The notes under the pieces: generated by a model | The model's input: the letters and a program-made list of their open reading frames with translations, nothing else | Databases searched by the model: none | What the model was told of the DNA's origin: nothing | Virus record (IMG/VR): IMGVR_UViG_3300020383_000006 | Location: 64,001-128,000 of that record | Origin: a virus | Length of the DNA: 64,000 bases | Reading direction: 5' to 3' (one strand) | In this document: positions 16,334-25,845 of the stretch, piece by piece | Numbering within the stretch: the first letter of the stretch is position 1 | Layout: every line of letters begins with the position of its first letter | Program-made: the position numbers and the translations under genes

Positions 16334-16780
16334 ATGATTACTATTGAAGAAGCCATCAAAGAAGCTAATTCTGAAGAACAAACTATGATTGACCCACGTT
16401 CTTTAGTGCGTTTGTCCCAGTTCATGACAGTTGAACAAATTGAAGAAGCTGGGTTAGAATTTAATTCAGAAGAAGCAAAACAAAATCACGAACCTAAACC
16501 TTTTACGGAAGAAGCTGTTATTCAACAATTAAAAAATGATGTTGAATTTGGTTTTGAAAAGGCATTAAACAAACGCGGAATCTCTGCAAGCCTTATGTTT
16601 CAAGTCGTTATGTTCTGGAATTATGTTCTTCAAAATGAATTAAAAGACTTTGATGAAAATAATTATGCTCAATACGGTTTACCGTTGTTCAAACAAACGG
16701 CAGTATTATATGGGTTTGAAAATCCTATTGGTGATGATGATGGTGATGAATTTGATTATTCATCAGAAGCTGATTGGTGA
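16334..16780 (+). CDS. Hypothetical phage protein
   Basis: 148-aa ORF with SD GAGGA. Confidence 0.7.
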   Translation: MITIEEAIKEANSEEQTMIDPRSLVRLSQFMTVEQIEEAGLEFNSEEAKQNHEPKPFTEEAVIQQLKNDVEFGFEKALNKRGISASLMFQVVMFWNYVLQNELKDFDENNYAQYGLPLFKQTAVLYGFENPIGDDDGDEFDYSSEADW

Positions 16781-17009
16781 AGTTGGTTATGATCCTCTGG
16801 GTCAATAAAGAATCGAAGCGAGGGAATAATTTTATTCCCTACCTATCGAAGTGCGGGTGAAAGAACCGTTGCTCTTTAAATTCTTATGCCTTTTATTTGG
16901 GCGTTTAAAGAATGTTGTTGACTGTAGGAATAGACTACACGTGGTTGAAAAGACACATTACGAACCTTACTTCGCCACACAATTCTTAAAATAAAGGAAA
17001 TTTTCGTTT

Positions 17010-17264
17010 ATGAGTAAAAAATCAAAAGCCGAAAAACAAGAAGAAACTAGGGTATTGGCTGGGAAATTAACTTCAAACGTAATTGAAACTTGGGAAACGG
17101 TTGGTGCATCATTAACTGAAGCGCCTATTAAGTATGATCCTGAACTTGACATGGTTGCAGTGATTTACCCAAACAAAATTAATTTATTTTTTAATCGTGA
17201 TGATTCAGGATTCAAAGAACCATATCCTTGTTGGTTTGAGGAATCATTAGAAATTCCAAGATAA
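17010..17264 (+). CDS. Hypothetical protein
   Basis: 84-aa ORF with SD AAGGA; last plus-strand gene before the strand switch. Confidence 0.65.
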   Translation: MSKKSKAEKQEETRVLAGKLTSNVIETWETVGASLTEAPIKYDPELDMVAVIYPNKINLFFNRDDSGFKEPYPCWFEESLEIPR

Positions 17265-17266
17265 AG

Positions 17267-17294
17267 AAAAGGGACTTCTTAAAGTCCCTTTTTT
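17267..17294. terminator. Bidirectional intrinsic terminator at the convergence of the early and late blocks
   Basis: AAAAGGGACTT-ctta-AAGTCCCTTTT with an A-run before and a T-run after. Confidence 0.8.
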
Positions 17295-19078
17295 ATTACC
17301 AGTTTATACCTTAATGAACCTGCATCATATATTCTAAGAAACCCATTCTTCCTCATATTTTGGTATTCAGTTAAAGATTCATCGTATTTATCTAATTTTT
17401 CTTCTAATTTATGTTTCATGAATTTATTTCGTGAATGTCGTTTACCATCATAATAAAAGTAATTAGGGTTCGTCATTCCGTTATATTCAAACCCATTTTT
17501 CTCATACATTATTCCATTACCGTAGTCTAATGACACATAAGTATGTATAATTGATGGATTATGTTTTCTTATAAAAGATTTAAGCAACTTTCCGAAGCCA
17601 CCTACGCAATTCAGCGAGGCATACCTAATAATTTCGTATTCGTCCTTACAGGAAGGATTTAACCCTAAAACGGATACGAGCTTACCTTCATAAATTAAAC
17701 CATAATAATATTTTGCGTCACGTGAACCTTGAATATGTGTTTTTTCTAAAAATGGAAAATATTCTTCTTTTGTTAATTTAACAACTGAACATTTTCTAGC
17801 ATAATATCGTTCATTTGATTTACCACACATATGTAATATTTTAGATTTAATCACTTCAGGTTTTTGTTCCCACCAATCTTCATACACATGGATAATTCTA
17901 TATCCTTTATCTAAAACCTCAAGGGATTTATTTTGATGGTAATTCCTATCACCTTTCATTTCAAACGAATGCCAAAACATGCCGTTAAATTCTATAACGA
18001 TTTTATGTTCAGGTATAATGATATCACATTCTTTGGGTGAAATTAATGAACGGTCATTTGGAATGTAATCAATATTGTTTTCTTCTAGAAATTTTCTAAC
18101 TTCCATTTCTTTTGATGAAACAGAATAAGAATTTTTCCTATCTATACCTAAAGCAATCATTGCTTGTAAAACAGTTCTATGAGAACCAACTCCAATTACT
18201 TCAGCAATTTTCCTAGAACATTGATACTTTTCGTATAATTCTAACAATAATTGTTTATTTGTTAATGCTTCTATAATTTCATCAGTAAAATGTATTTTAG
18301 AATAATTGTCATGCCCGTATCGTTCTTGGTTTGTTTCAATAACTTTTTGGAGTATATCCTTAGACTGAAGTGGGCGTTCAACACCATGATTTTGTAAACA
18401 AGTACCTTTTGATTTATCTAATATTTCAGGTGATTGTAATACATGGTTAACACCATATTTTTCAAGAACAGTTTCGGTGGATTTTTCTTTAGTAGATTCT
18501 AATTGAAATACGTTATCAACACCATATCTTTCATTTACGGAATCTACTCTATTTTGTTTAACTTGTTCACTTGAACGATAATCTTCTACACCATATTTTT
18601 CTTTTGAAGTTTGTTTAACTTTTTCTTTAAACTCATTAGAAGTAAAAACGTGTTCAGAACCATAACGTTCTTTATTTGTTTGTTTAATCTTTTCTTTAAT
18701 AGAATCATCTTTCATATGGTGACCACCATATTTTTCTGATGAAATTTTTCTAGCATTTTCTGATGAACATTTAACTGAACAGAATTTAGCAAAACCGCCT
18801 TTTTTATAATAAGGGGATTGTTTATCTATTCCCTTTGGTAAAATATTACCGCATGAGCATTTTGGAATTGAATTTATTTCATACAAAACGCAATATAATC
18901 TTTGAACCAAAGGTACGTTATTATATTGTTCATCTAAGAAAGAAGTTTTGATCAATAATTCTTTAACAAAATTTGTATGTTTACTGGAACGAATTTCCCT
19001 TCCATTAGGGTAATTATTTTCAATGATATATTCTTTCAAGTTCATATTATAATTCTGGTTCTTTATAAGATCATTCAA
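17279..19078 (-). CDS. Hef-like free-standing putative homing endonuclease (repeats + Vsr/PD-(D/E)xK-like domain + C-terminal domain)
   Basis: CxC...FCSVKC zinc motif; seven E(K/R)YG-type repeats; SSKEMEV...ECDIII...IEFNGMFWH; YARKC...HIQG...IYDAG C-terminal domain. TTG start with SD TAAGGT. Confidence 0.75.
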   Translation of the reverse strand: MNDLIKNQNYNMNLKEYIIENNYPNGREIRSSKHTNFVKELLIKTSFLDEQYNNVPLVQRLYCVLYEINSIPKCSCGNILPKGIDKQSPYYKKGGFAKFCSVKCSSENARKISSEKYGGHHMKDDSIKEKIKQTNKERYGSEHVFTSNEFKEKVKQTSKEKYGVEDYRSSEQVKQNRVDSVNERYGVDNVFQLESTKEKSTETVLEKYGVNHVLQSPEILDKSKGTCLQNHGVERPLQSKDILQKVIETNQERYGHDNYSKIHFTDEIIEALTNKQLLLELYEKYQCSRKIAEVIGVGSHRTVLQAMIALGIDRKNSYSVSSKEMEVRKFLEENNIDYIPNDRSLISPKECDIIIPEHKIVIEFNGMFWHSFEMKGDRNYHQNKSLEVLDKGYRIIHVYEDWWEQKPEVIKSKILHMCGKSNERYYARKCSVVKLTKEEYFPFLEKTHIQGSRDAKYYYGLIYEGKLVSVLGLNPSCKDEYEIIRYASLNCVGGFGKLLKSFIRKHNPSIIHTYVSLDYGNGIMYEKNGFEYNGMTNPNYFYYDGKRHSRNKFMKHKLEEKLDKYDESLTEYQNMRKNGFLRIYDAGSLRYKLVIKKGL

Positions 19079-19111
19079 TTATACCTTAATTTATTGGTGT
19101 TTTATAGGCAT

Positions 19112-19137
19112 AAAAAAGAGGAGCCAAAAGGCTCCTC
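19112..19137 (-). terminator. Intrinsic terminator after the major capsid gene
   Basis: GAGGAGCC-TTTT-GGCTCCTC followed by TTTTTT on the minus strand. Confidence 0.85.
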
Positions 19138-19172
19138 AAGTTAGCTATGAATTATTATTGTTATAATTCAGA

Positions 19173-20453
19173 TTAGCCTTTAAGGTTAGTTACCGCGAAT
19201 TTACGGAAGTATTGGTTTTCACCTTGACCTAAACCTTTACCAGCTTTAGCAGAACCGTTAGCTTGGGTTTCAACGAAAGGATTCGCCTTAATACCGTAAC
19301 GAGTCTGGAAACCGATACGTGGCTGGAAGCTATCTTCCGCAGTAGCACGTACCATTTCTAGTGGAACGTATGGGCACCAGTATACGCCAGCATCCCAAGC
19401 GTTTTGACCTTTATAACCCAATGTGATATAATCACGAGTTGCATAAGGGTCAACGTGAACTTGATAACGACCAAGCAAGATACCTGCAAAGGTGTTAGAA
19501 GTAACGTCAACGTTCAAGCGAGAAGCCAACTCAGGGTTGTAATCCAATACGCCAGCCATGTTCAATGCAGAAGCAACGTTAGCTGAACAGATTACGCGGT
19601 TTGCTTTACCACGACGAGTTGAAATTGCGATTGCGTTAGCTTCAAGTTCAAGTTGGAACATAAGCCCTTTGAACTTCTCAACCAACCAACGACCGTCAGA
19701 GTCAGCAGAAAGGTCAAACATACCTGGAGTTGCAGCATCTTGAGCACCAATTTGTGCTGAAGTGTTGATTGTACGTAACAACTCACGGTCTTGTTCCGCT
19801 ACAATTTCAGTAGAAAGAACGTTAGCCAATTCACTTTCAGCGTCCAAGTTGTGGATTTGCTTCAAGTCGTGACGCAGTTCGTGGGTGAAAGAAGCTTTCA
19901 ATTTACGTGCTTTAGTTGAAACGTCAGTACGCTCAATTGAGAACGTCATTTCTTGCCAAGGATCGCCAGCTGTTGTACCAAGTTCTTCAGCTGCATTAGT
20001 TGACATACCAGTACCAGTAGAAGTACCTTCTGAAGGATCGCCTGTACCGAAGAAATCAGCAGGGAAACCTGAAGTATCACCAGCTTGAGTTCCAGCACCA
20101 GAGTGCGCAGTATTCGCTTCGTCGTGTAATGCTTCAGCGCCAGTTTGTGAAGTATAACGAGCACGCATAGCGAAGATTGAACCAGTTGGTCCAGATAGTG
20201 GTTGAACGCCAGCTAAATCAAAAGCCATAAGCTGAGGACCAGCACGACGAACCATACGGATCAATACTGGATCCCAGTTTGAAACACCACCAGTTTGAGT
20301 AGAATGCTCAGAAGATTCGTTCATGCCTTGCATAAATTTGATCTGATTCGTAAGCATTGACTCAGTTACGTATTTTTTGTGACTTTCACCGATCTGAGGG
20401 AACTTTTCGCTCTCAATCAGCTCATTCACTTTTTCAGTAATCATATTATCCAT
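19173..20453 (-). CDS. 23: Major capsid protein gp23
   Basis: WDPVLIRMVRR, GVQPLSGPTG.IFAMR, ARKLKA, YWCPYVPL, FQPRIGFQTRYG. Confidence 0.97.
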   Translation of the reverse strand: MDNMITEKVNELIESEKFPQIGESHKKYVTESMLTNQIKFMQGMNESSEHSTQTGGVSNWDPVLIRMVRRAGPQLMAFDLAGVQPLSGPTGSIFAMRARYTSQTGAEALHDEANTAHSGAGTQAGDTSGFPADFFGTGDPSEGTSTGTGMSTNAAEELGTTAGDPWQEMTFSIERTDVSTKARKLKASFTHELRHDLKQIHNLDAESELANVLSTEIVAEQDRELLRTINTSAQIGAQDAATPGMFDLSADSDGRWLVEKFKGLMFQLELEANAIAISTRRGKANRVICSANVASALNMAGVLDYNPELASRLNVDVTSNTFAGILLGRYQVHVDPYATRDYITLGYKGQNAWDAGVYWCPYVPLEMVRATAEDSFQPRIGFQTRYGIKANPFVETQANGSAKAGKGLGQGENQYFRKFAVTNLKG

Positions 20454-20494
20454 TTTAAAACCTCTTGAATGAGAATTAATTAACCGTTATTAAT

Positions 20495-20502
20495 TATTTA
20501 TA
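20495..20502 (-). promoter_or_regulatory. T4-type late promoter TATAAATA (gp23)
   Basis: Exact consensus upstream of gp23. Exact copies also at 21301, 25304, 31190, 31212, 39400 and 61689; AATAAATA variants at 23711, 27491 and 54229. All lie upstream of late genes. Confidence 0.85.
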
Positions 20503-20513
20503 TAAATTGAAAT

Positions 20514-21260
20514 TTAAACTCGAGACATTACGCTGTCTAACCAAGAATTAGTTGGTTGATTCTGATTATTTTGCTCATTAAGCGTGTTATCTGAATCTTC
20601 TTTACTATTTTCTTGACCAGGAGCTAAAGACTCTTTTAAATCTTCCAATGCGCCTTTATACTGTGACTCATCAATGAATTTAACTTTAGAAGCCATTTCC
20701 TGAAGTTTTTCACGTTTAGTCTCAGTCATGTCCTCAGAAACGGTTTCAAATACTTTAGAGCGTTTAGACTCAGTAATTGTCGCTTCCAATTCAGTTTGCT
20801 TGTCTAATAGCTTATCAATTTTCTGATTAGCTTCAGCAAGATTTTGATTTGCTTTATCCAATTCATTTTCTGAACCATGAGGAACTTGAACGTTGAATTG
20901 TTCAGCAATACTACCTAAACCACCAAGGAAACTTTCAGCAAGTTTAACCTTGATACCGTTGTCGACAGCCAGTTTGTTTTCAGACATAAACTCTGAAGCG
21001 GCATGATCAACATATTTACCAATTTGAGGAATAACTTCTTCGTTAATATATTGTTCCGTTTTGTCTTCCATCTCGGTAACAACATATTCTGAATAGTTTT
21101 CGGCCAATGCTGAATACTTATCTTCAGCCTTAGCTTCCTCTTCAGTTCTAATTTCTTCTCGGGCTTCAGAAATCTGATTTTCCAAGACCTTAGAAACCTT
21201 CGTTTTAAAGTCTTCACTGATTTCAACGCCATCGAAGATTTTCATTAGATCTTCGTTCAT
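20514..21260 (-). CDS. 22: Prohead core scaffold protein gp22
   Basis: Acidic coiled coil; ENKLAVDNGIKVKLAESF motif; directly upstream of gp23. Confidence 0.9.
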   Translation of the reverse strand: MNEDLMKIFDGVEISEDFKTKVSKVLENQISEAREEIRTEEEAKAEDKYSALAENYSEYVVTEMEDKTEQYINEEVIPQIGKYVDHAASEFMSENKLAVDNGIKVKLAESFLGGLGSIAEQFNVQVPHGSENELDKANQNLAEANQKIDKLLDKQTELEATITESKRSKVFETVSEDMTETKREKLQEMASKVKFIDESQYKGALEDLKESLAPGQENSKEDSDNTLNEQNNQNQPTNSWLDSVMSRV

Positions 21261-21329
21261 TTTCTTGACCTCGCTTTATGAAAATAACTCATATAAACTA
21301 TATTTATATGTACTATAAATTAAAATTAT

Positions 21330-21749
21330 TTACTGTATGGAACTTAGAATAGTTTCTTTATTCTTTTTAATTGATCTTTCTATCTTTTTAAATAAATTTT
21401 CAACGCTTTTAGAAGAAGAAACGGTTCTTATATCGTATAATCTAAACCCTTTCCACTCAGCCACTAATTTATCAGCCAAACGCATACCAGAAATATGAGT
21501 TTCACCTTTTTCATGACCATATATTTCTAAAGTAGCAAATTTTCCACTTTGACCAATTAGATTAATTTTCATTAAATCTGAATGAAATTCCCCATCCTTT
21601 ACTTTTACTTTTATTCCATCTTGATCAAATATTTTTGGGAATAATTTCATAGCTTCTTTTTTTGCTGATGAAAATAGTTCATTTTTATTATTGCGAAAAT
21701 CAAATGTTCCTGTTGGGGATTCATTCAGAAATTCTTTAAACGTTTTCAT
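21330..21749 (-). CDS. Putative internal head protein with capsid-targeting leader
   Basis: Starts MKTFKEFLNE, compared with the T4 IP leader MKTYQEFIAE; basic body. Confidence 0.7.
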   Translation of the reverse strand: MKTFKEFLNESPTGTFDFRNNKNELFSSAKKEAMKLFPKIFDQDGIKVKVKDGEFHSDLMKINLIGQSGKFATLEIYGHEKGETHISGMRLADKLVAEWKGFRLYDIRTVSSSKSVENLFKKIERSIKKNKETILSSIQ

Positions 21750-21752
21750 TGT

Positions 21753-22229
21753 TTATAAAAACCTCTTTGCTGATTCATTTGCAAGTTTTTTAATTTTTGC
21801 TAATGTTAAACCACTTGCATCATGATTTCTATGACCTTTTACACTACCGCTAATTGAAGTTTTTTCAATTCCATTGACCACACCCCTACTATTGAATGTT
21901 AATTTGAATCTAAAAGAAACATCGACATCATCTAATGGAAATCCGTCACTACTAGAACCTCTGAATGTAGCTCTCGCATCAATAGTGGCTGAATCAGAAT
22001 GAATATTTAATTGGGAACTAATATAGCTTGTTGTTAACCTACCATTGCCAGAATTTAAACTCCAACTTAACATTTTTGCTATTTTAGAATATCCTTTTTC
22101 AAGTACTTTTAGATTAGCAATTTCTTGTGGAATTCTACCATTCAAATCATAAGTCTTATTAAAGAACTCAGGATTTTTTAAAAATTCTGGGAAATTTGAT
22201 TCATTCAAAAATTCTTTAAACGTTTTCAT
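21753..22229 (-). CDS. Putative internal head protein with capsid-targeting leader
   Basis: ATG at 22229 (SD AGGT) gives MKTFKEFLNE; preferred over the track start 22253. Confidence 0.7.
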   Translation of the reverse strand: MKTFKEFLNESNFPEFLKNPEFFNKTYDLNGRIPQEIANLKVLEKGYSKIAKMLSWSLNSGNGRLTTSYISSQLNIHSDSATIDARATFRGSSSDGFPLDDVDVSFRFKLTFNSRGVVNGIEKTSISGSVKGHRNHDASGLTLAKIKKLANESAKRFL

Positions 22230-22246
22230 TATTTTAAACCTATATG

Positions 22247-22504
22247 TTACCACTGTTTAAATACATAATCATCTTTACTTAAATACCAATTTTCGGTGTT
22301 GCCGTTTTCTAATTCTACAGCAACTTCATAATTGTATCTATCTTCTCTTTCTATATCCTTTACGATCACGACAATAGGTTTTTCGAAAGAATCAGGATTA
22401 TCTACTTCAGCAGCCAAATAGCTTTTTCCTTTTCTTAATGAAGGCGGATTCATCCAACCTTCATCATTCATGTCTTCATTTAAAAAATCTTTGAATGTTT
22501 TCAT
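22247..22504 (-). CDS. Putative internal head protein with capsid-targeting leader
   Basis: Starts MKTFKDFLNE; acidic body; ATGA overlap with the gp21 stop. Confidence 0.7.
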   Translation of the reverse strand: MKTFKDFLNEDMNDEGWMNPPSLRKGKSYLAAEVDNPDSFEKPIVVIVKDIEREDRYNYEVAVELENGNTENWYLSKDDYVFKQW

Positions 22505-23148
22505 TTCTTAAGTCCTTTAACATAATCTTCTAATTTCTGAAGGAATATTCCTTCATCAAATTGATGAACAGGTTCTTGACCTTCTTTCTGAACCCAAATA
22601 CCTGATTCAGTAAGCATCCATTGCTTTGATTCGTTAATAGCGTTAACATAAGCATCAGGAGCTGAAGGGTTGTCAACACAATCGGTTGCTGTGAACATTA
22701 AATCATCTTGAACGTATTTAGTACCGTTTCTTTCTTTAAGTGACCCTAAAGCACGAGTTGAAACGCCAAGGTTAAACCCGCCTTCTAATAAACCTTTAAC
22801 GATTTCACCTTTTGGCGTATTTAAAACCAATGCTTTACCGTAGACGTCATTGCCTTGCCATTCTAATTCCTTAATAAGGATAGCCGCTTGGCTAGGATCA
22901 GCAAAAGGATATTCTGGGTGGTTTAATTCACCCAAAGCTCTACGTCTACTAACATAATCTCTGTCATAACGGTCAATAGCTTTTTCCATAACTGAACGTT
23001 CATAGAAACGACCATTACCGTTTTTGATTTCTGATTGTGCAAAGATACCCTCAATGAAAACTTGTTTACCGCTTTCGGTGTTTTCAGTAAGCATCTCAAC
23101 TTTATCAGATGATTCTACTAATAGATTGTACATTTTATTTTTATCCAT
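22501..23148 (-). CDS. 21: Prohead protease gp21
   Basis: IEGIFAQSE.KNGNGRFY, ALGELNHP, GVSTRALGSL, DCVDNPSAPDA. Confidence 0.95.
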   Translation of the reverse strand: MDKNKMYNLLVESSDKVEMLTENTESGKQVFIEGIFAQSEIKNGNGRFYERSVMEKAIDRYDRDYVSRRRALGELNHPEYPFADPSQAAILIKELEWQGNDVYGKALVLNTPKGEIVKGLLEGGFNLGVSTRALGSLKERNGTKYVQDDLMFTATDCVDNPSAPDAYVNAINESKQWMLTESGIWVQKEGQEPVHQFDEGIFLQKLEDYVKGLKK

Positions 23149-23150
23149 TT

Positions 23151-23417
23151 TTATAGCCCCATAGAACTACGTTTCTTCAGAGCCTTTTTTCTTTTGTACT
23201 GTGATCTTTTCTTAGCACCTGAACCCTTTGAACGCTTAGTTCTTACTGCCTTTCTAATAGAACGTTTTTTAGAAGATTTTTCTGAACCAGACATAGGAAC
23301 ACAAGAAGTTCCTTTAGAGTTTAATTTAAACCCTTTTTTACATTTAACTCTTTTGGTCTTTTTACCTTTTGAGTTAACTCTGGTTACTTTACGCGCTTCT
23401 TCAATTTGGTCAGACAT
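23151..23417 (-). CDS. Basic prohead core protein (gp68 position)
   Basis: Lys/Arg-rich 88 aa between the gp67-like gene and gp21; IEE near the N-terminus is a possible gp21 cleavage site. Confidence 0.65.
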   Translation of the reverse strand: MSDQIEEARKVTRVNSKGKKTKRVKCKKGFKLNSKGTSCVPMSGSEKSSKKRSIRKAVRTKRSKGSGAKKRSQYKRKKALKKRSSMGL

Positions 23418-23438
23418 AATATTTACCTCCAGTGAGGA

Positions 23439-23675
23439 TTATTCTTCGTCTTTATCTTTTTCTTCATCATCAGAATCTGAATATTTTTCATCATCAAGGT
23501 CTTCTTCGTCATCTTCTTCAGGTTCTTTTTCTTCAGAAACGAAGCTGTAACCAGTAAGGATTTCAGATTCACGTTCATTAATTTTATAACCAACTGATTC
23601 TTTTAGTTTATCTTTAATACCATTGATAACTTCGTTAGAGTTACCTTCTTTTAATTTTGTGTACAAGTCTTTCAT
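23439..23675 (-). CDS. 67: Acidic prohead core protein (gp67-like)
   Basis: 78 aa with a poly-D/E tail, directly after the portal gene. Confidence 0.7.
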   Translation of the reverse strand: MKDLYTKLKEGNSNEVINGIKDKLKESVGYKINERESEILTGYSFVSEEKEPEEDDEEDLDDEKYSDSDDEEKDKDEE

Positions 23676-23729
23676 TTTAAAAACCTCTAGTTAAATTTAT
23701 TCCTTTAATTTATTTATTAAAGAAAAATA

Positions 23730-25253
23730 TTAAAATCTTCCTGGTTCTTCTTTAGGCTGATATTGTTCAATATTTTTCTCTTCTTTAATTTCTTTATCCA
23801 TTTCCTTCATTTGTTCTTCATTTTGTTTAAATATTTCACGGCGAACGTAATTGTGGGAAATATATTTACCAGTATATTGGTCTAATTCTCTAGCTAAATT
23901 TAAACGTTCTTGAAGGATTTCGTTTCTAGTCGCTTCTTCTAAATACAAATCATGTGAATAGTTAAAAACGATTTTGTCTTTAATATCATCAAATTCCTTT
24001 GACGTCATTATTTTAGTAAGAATACATTCGGTTCTTAATAAATCCAAGAACACTTCATTAAAGCGGGTTCTAACTCTAGAAACAAATTTACTAAACTTCA
24101 ACTCATCCCTAGTAATTTCAGTTGTTCTGCCGCCCATAAATGTGGATTCAGGTTCTAATCTAGAAACAGGTAAATTAAGTGACTTATAAACTTTTTTCTG
24201 GAAATAGACAATATCTTCAATATCACCTAAGTTTTGACCACCAGGAAGCGTAGTAACTTCAGTTCCTTTACCGTTAGAATCACGAGGCAACCAAAAGTCC
24301 TCTTGCATCGTATAAAAGGCTTTTCCATCCTTGAACGTACCCTTTTCAGGGTCAAATTGCATTTTGTTCCTGTAGGATGTTTGGAGCTTCTTAAGATATG
24401 CTTGTCCTTTAGACTTTTGAAGTTTAGAAGTATCAACATAAAAAACACGACGTTCAGGTGCGCGAGTAATACGGTAAATTAAAAGCGCATTTTCCATCAT
24501 TCGTAATTGGTTAACAGGCTTAACTGCTTTATGCAAATAAGAAACCGCGTAACCTGTTTTATCATCAGTCATTCCAGTAGTAACGTAAACAACTGCATCA
24601 GGGTTTAATTCTACTGCTTCAATATATTGGTTTCTATCAGTTTTCTTATTCTTTTTATTTGTACCAACGTTTTCATTATAGATAATTTTTTCTATAATTC
24701 CAGTAATTGCTTTAGTTTGTCTATCATATTCAGTTTGTTTAACCTTAGATACAAATCTAGGGTCTAACTGAACAACTTTCAAAATACCGTCTTTGGGTCT
24801 ACTTTTGTCTATAACTTTTTGGTAAGTTGCGCGACCATCTATGTAAAAATCACGTGCTTTTTTGTAAATAGTTTTCTTTAATTCCATTACTCGGGTTATT
24901 TTATCCCAAGCATCATAAATTTTATTTCTTACATTTTCAGAAAGGTCATCTTCTAATCCCGTTAAATCCATAGAAACAGGTTCTTCATTTTCATGGAAAG
25001 AAACCATTTCGTTAATAATGTCATCAATAGCTAAATCAACCAATTCATAATTAGCTATTTCCCTGTAGTCTTCAATTAATGCCGCTTGGTCAGAATATTT
25101 TGGGTCAAAGTTTAGGAAGTTTTGGTAGTATCCCTCAGAAAACTCAATAGCACCATCATCATTTTCGTCTGCTATCTGATTGGTCTGAATCCTTTCTTCA
25201 TCAGGATTATCAAACTTAAATTTTTCTAGAAAATCACCAAATACACTCATCAA
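23730..25253 (-). CDS. 20: Portal protein gp20
   Basis: SYLHKAVKPVNQL, IYRITRAPERRVFYVD, EDFWLPR, GTEVTTLPGG, ITRDELKFSKF. Confidence 0.97.
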   Translation of the reverse strand: MMSVFGDFLEKFKFDNPDEERIQTNQIADENDDGAIEFSEGYYQNFLNFDPKYSDQAALIEDYREIANYELVDLAIDDIINEMVSFHENEEPVSMDLTGLEDDLSENVRNKIYDAWDKITRVMELKKTIYKKARDFYIDGRATYQKVIDKSRPKDGILKVVQLDPRFVSKVKQTEYDRQTKAITGIIEKIIYNENVGTNKKNKKTDRNQYIEAVELNPDAVVYVTTGMTDDKTGYAVSYLHKAVKPVNQLRMMENALLIYRITRAPERRVFYVDTSKLQKSKGQAYLKKLQTSYRNKMQFDPEKGTFKDGKAFYTMQEDFWLPRDSNGKGTEVTTLPGGQNLGDIEDIVYFQKKVYKSLNLPVSRLEPESTFMGGRTTEITRDELKFSKFVSRVRTRFNEVFLDLLRTECILTKIMTSKEFDDIKDKIVFNYSHDLYLEEATRNEILQERLNLARELDQYTGKYISHNYVRREIFKQNEEQMKEMDKEIKEEKNIEQYQPKEEPGRF

Positions 25254-25320
25254 TAGATTCCTTTTTGAAAATACAAATCGAGGGAATTAACTTCCCTCGA
25301 ATATATTTATATCATAATAA

Positions 25321-25845
25321 TTAGGTTGAGTTACCGTTATCAATGTCAGAATAAGCAAACGTTGTTGAGAACGTTTCAATCTGGTCATTAGAGTCTTGGG
25401 CTAACTCAATAGGCGTAATGATTTGTGGCCAAGCGTATAACATAGCAACCGATTTAACGCGGTTGTCATTATTATCTAATTGGTGAACTTCCACTGTACC
25501 GAACATTTCTTCCGGTGCAGTTAACCCAGTATTAGAATTATACGCATTAATGGCGTTTTGCCAACGTTCCAACGCATTTTGAATAGCGAAATCAGTATCG
25601 TTATAAAATGTTGCTTCCCAATCTTCAAAAGTACGATCACCAGGAAGTTTTAATTGACGACCACGGAAACCGACTTCTTTAACGCCTAGATTAGATCCAG
25701 GAATTTGCGAAGCTTGTACTAAGAAAGCCGTTTTTCTGATTTCTTCTTGCGTTGCCGCGAAAGCAGGAAAATCAATTACAACCTCGAAGCGGTTGGGACT
25801 AGCCCCACCGCCTTTAAGGTTAGAAAGAAAATTCTGAATACTCAT
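25321..25845 (-). CDS. 19: Tail tube protein gp19
   Basis: PNRFEV, FRGRQLKLPGDRTFEDW, IETFSTTFAY. Confidence 0.93.
   Translation of the reverse strand: MSIQNFLSNLKGGGASPNRFEVVIDFPAFAATQEEIRKTAFLVQASQIPGSNLGVKEVGFRGRQLKLPGDRTFEDWEATFYNDTDFAIQNALERWQNAINAYNSNTGLTAPEEMFGTVEVHQLDNNDNRVKSVAMLYAWPQIITPIELAQDSNDQIETFSTTFAYSDIDNGNST

Noticed and set aside
19404-20164. Alternate-frame and antisense ORFs in gp23 (and similar 60-140 aa ORFs nested in other large genes)
   Set aside because: They lack RBS and motifs and are expected by-products of codon bias in the main genes.
25278-25300. TCGAGGGAA/TTCCCTCGA palindrome as a special element
   Set aside because: Adequately explained as the gp19 terminator or a 5' hairpin next to the gp20 late promoter at 25304-25311.
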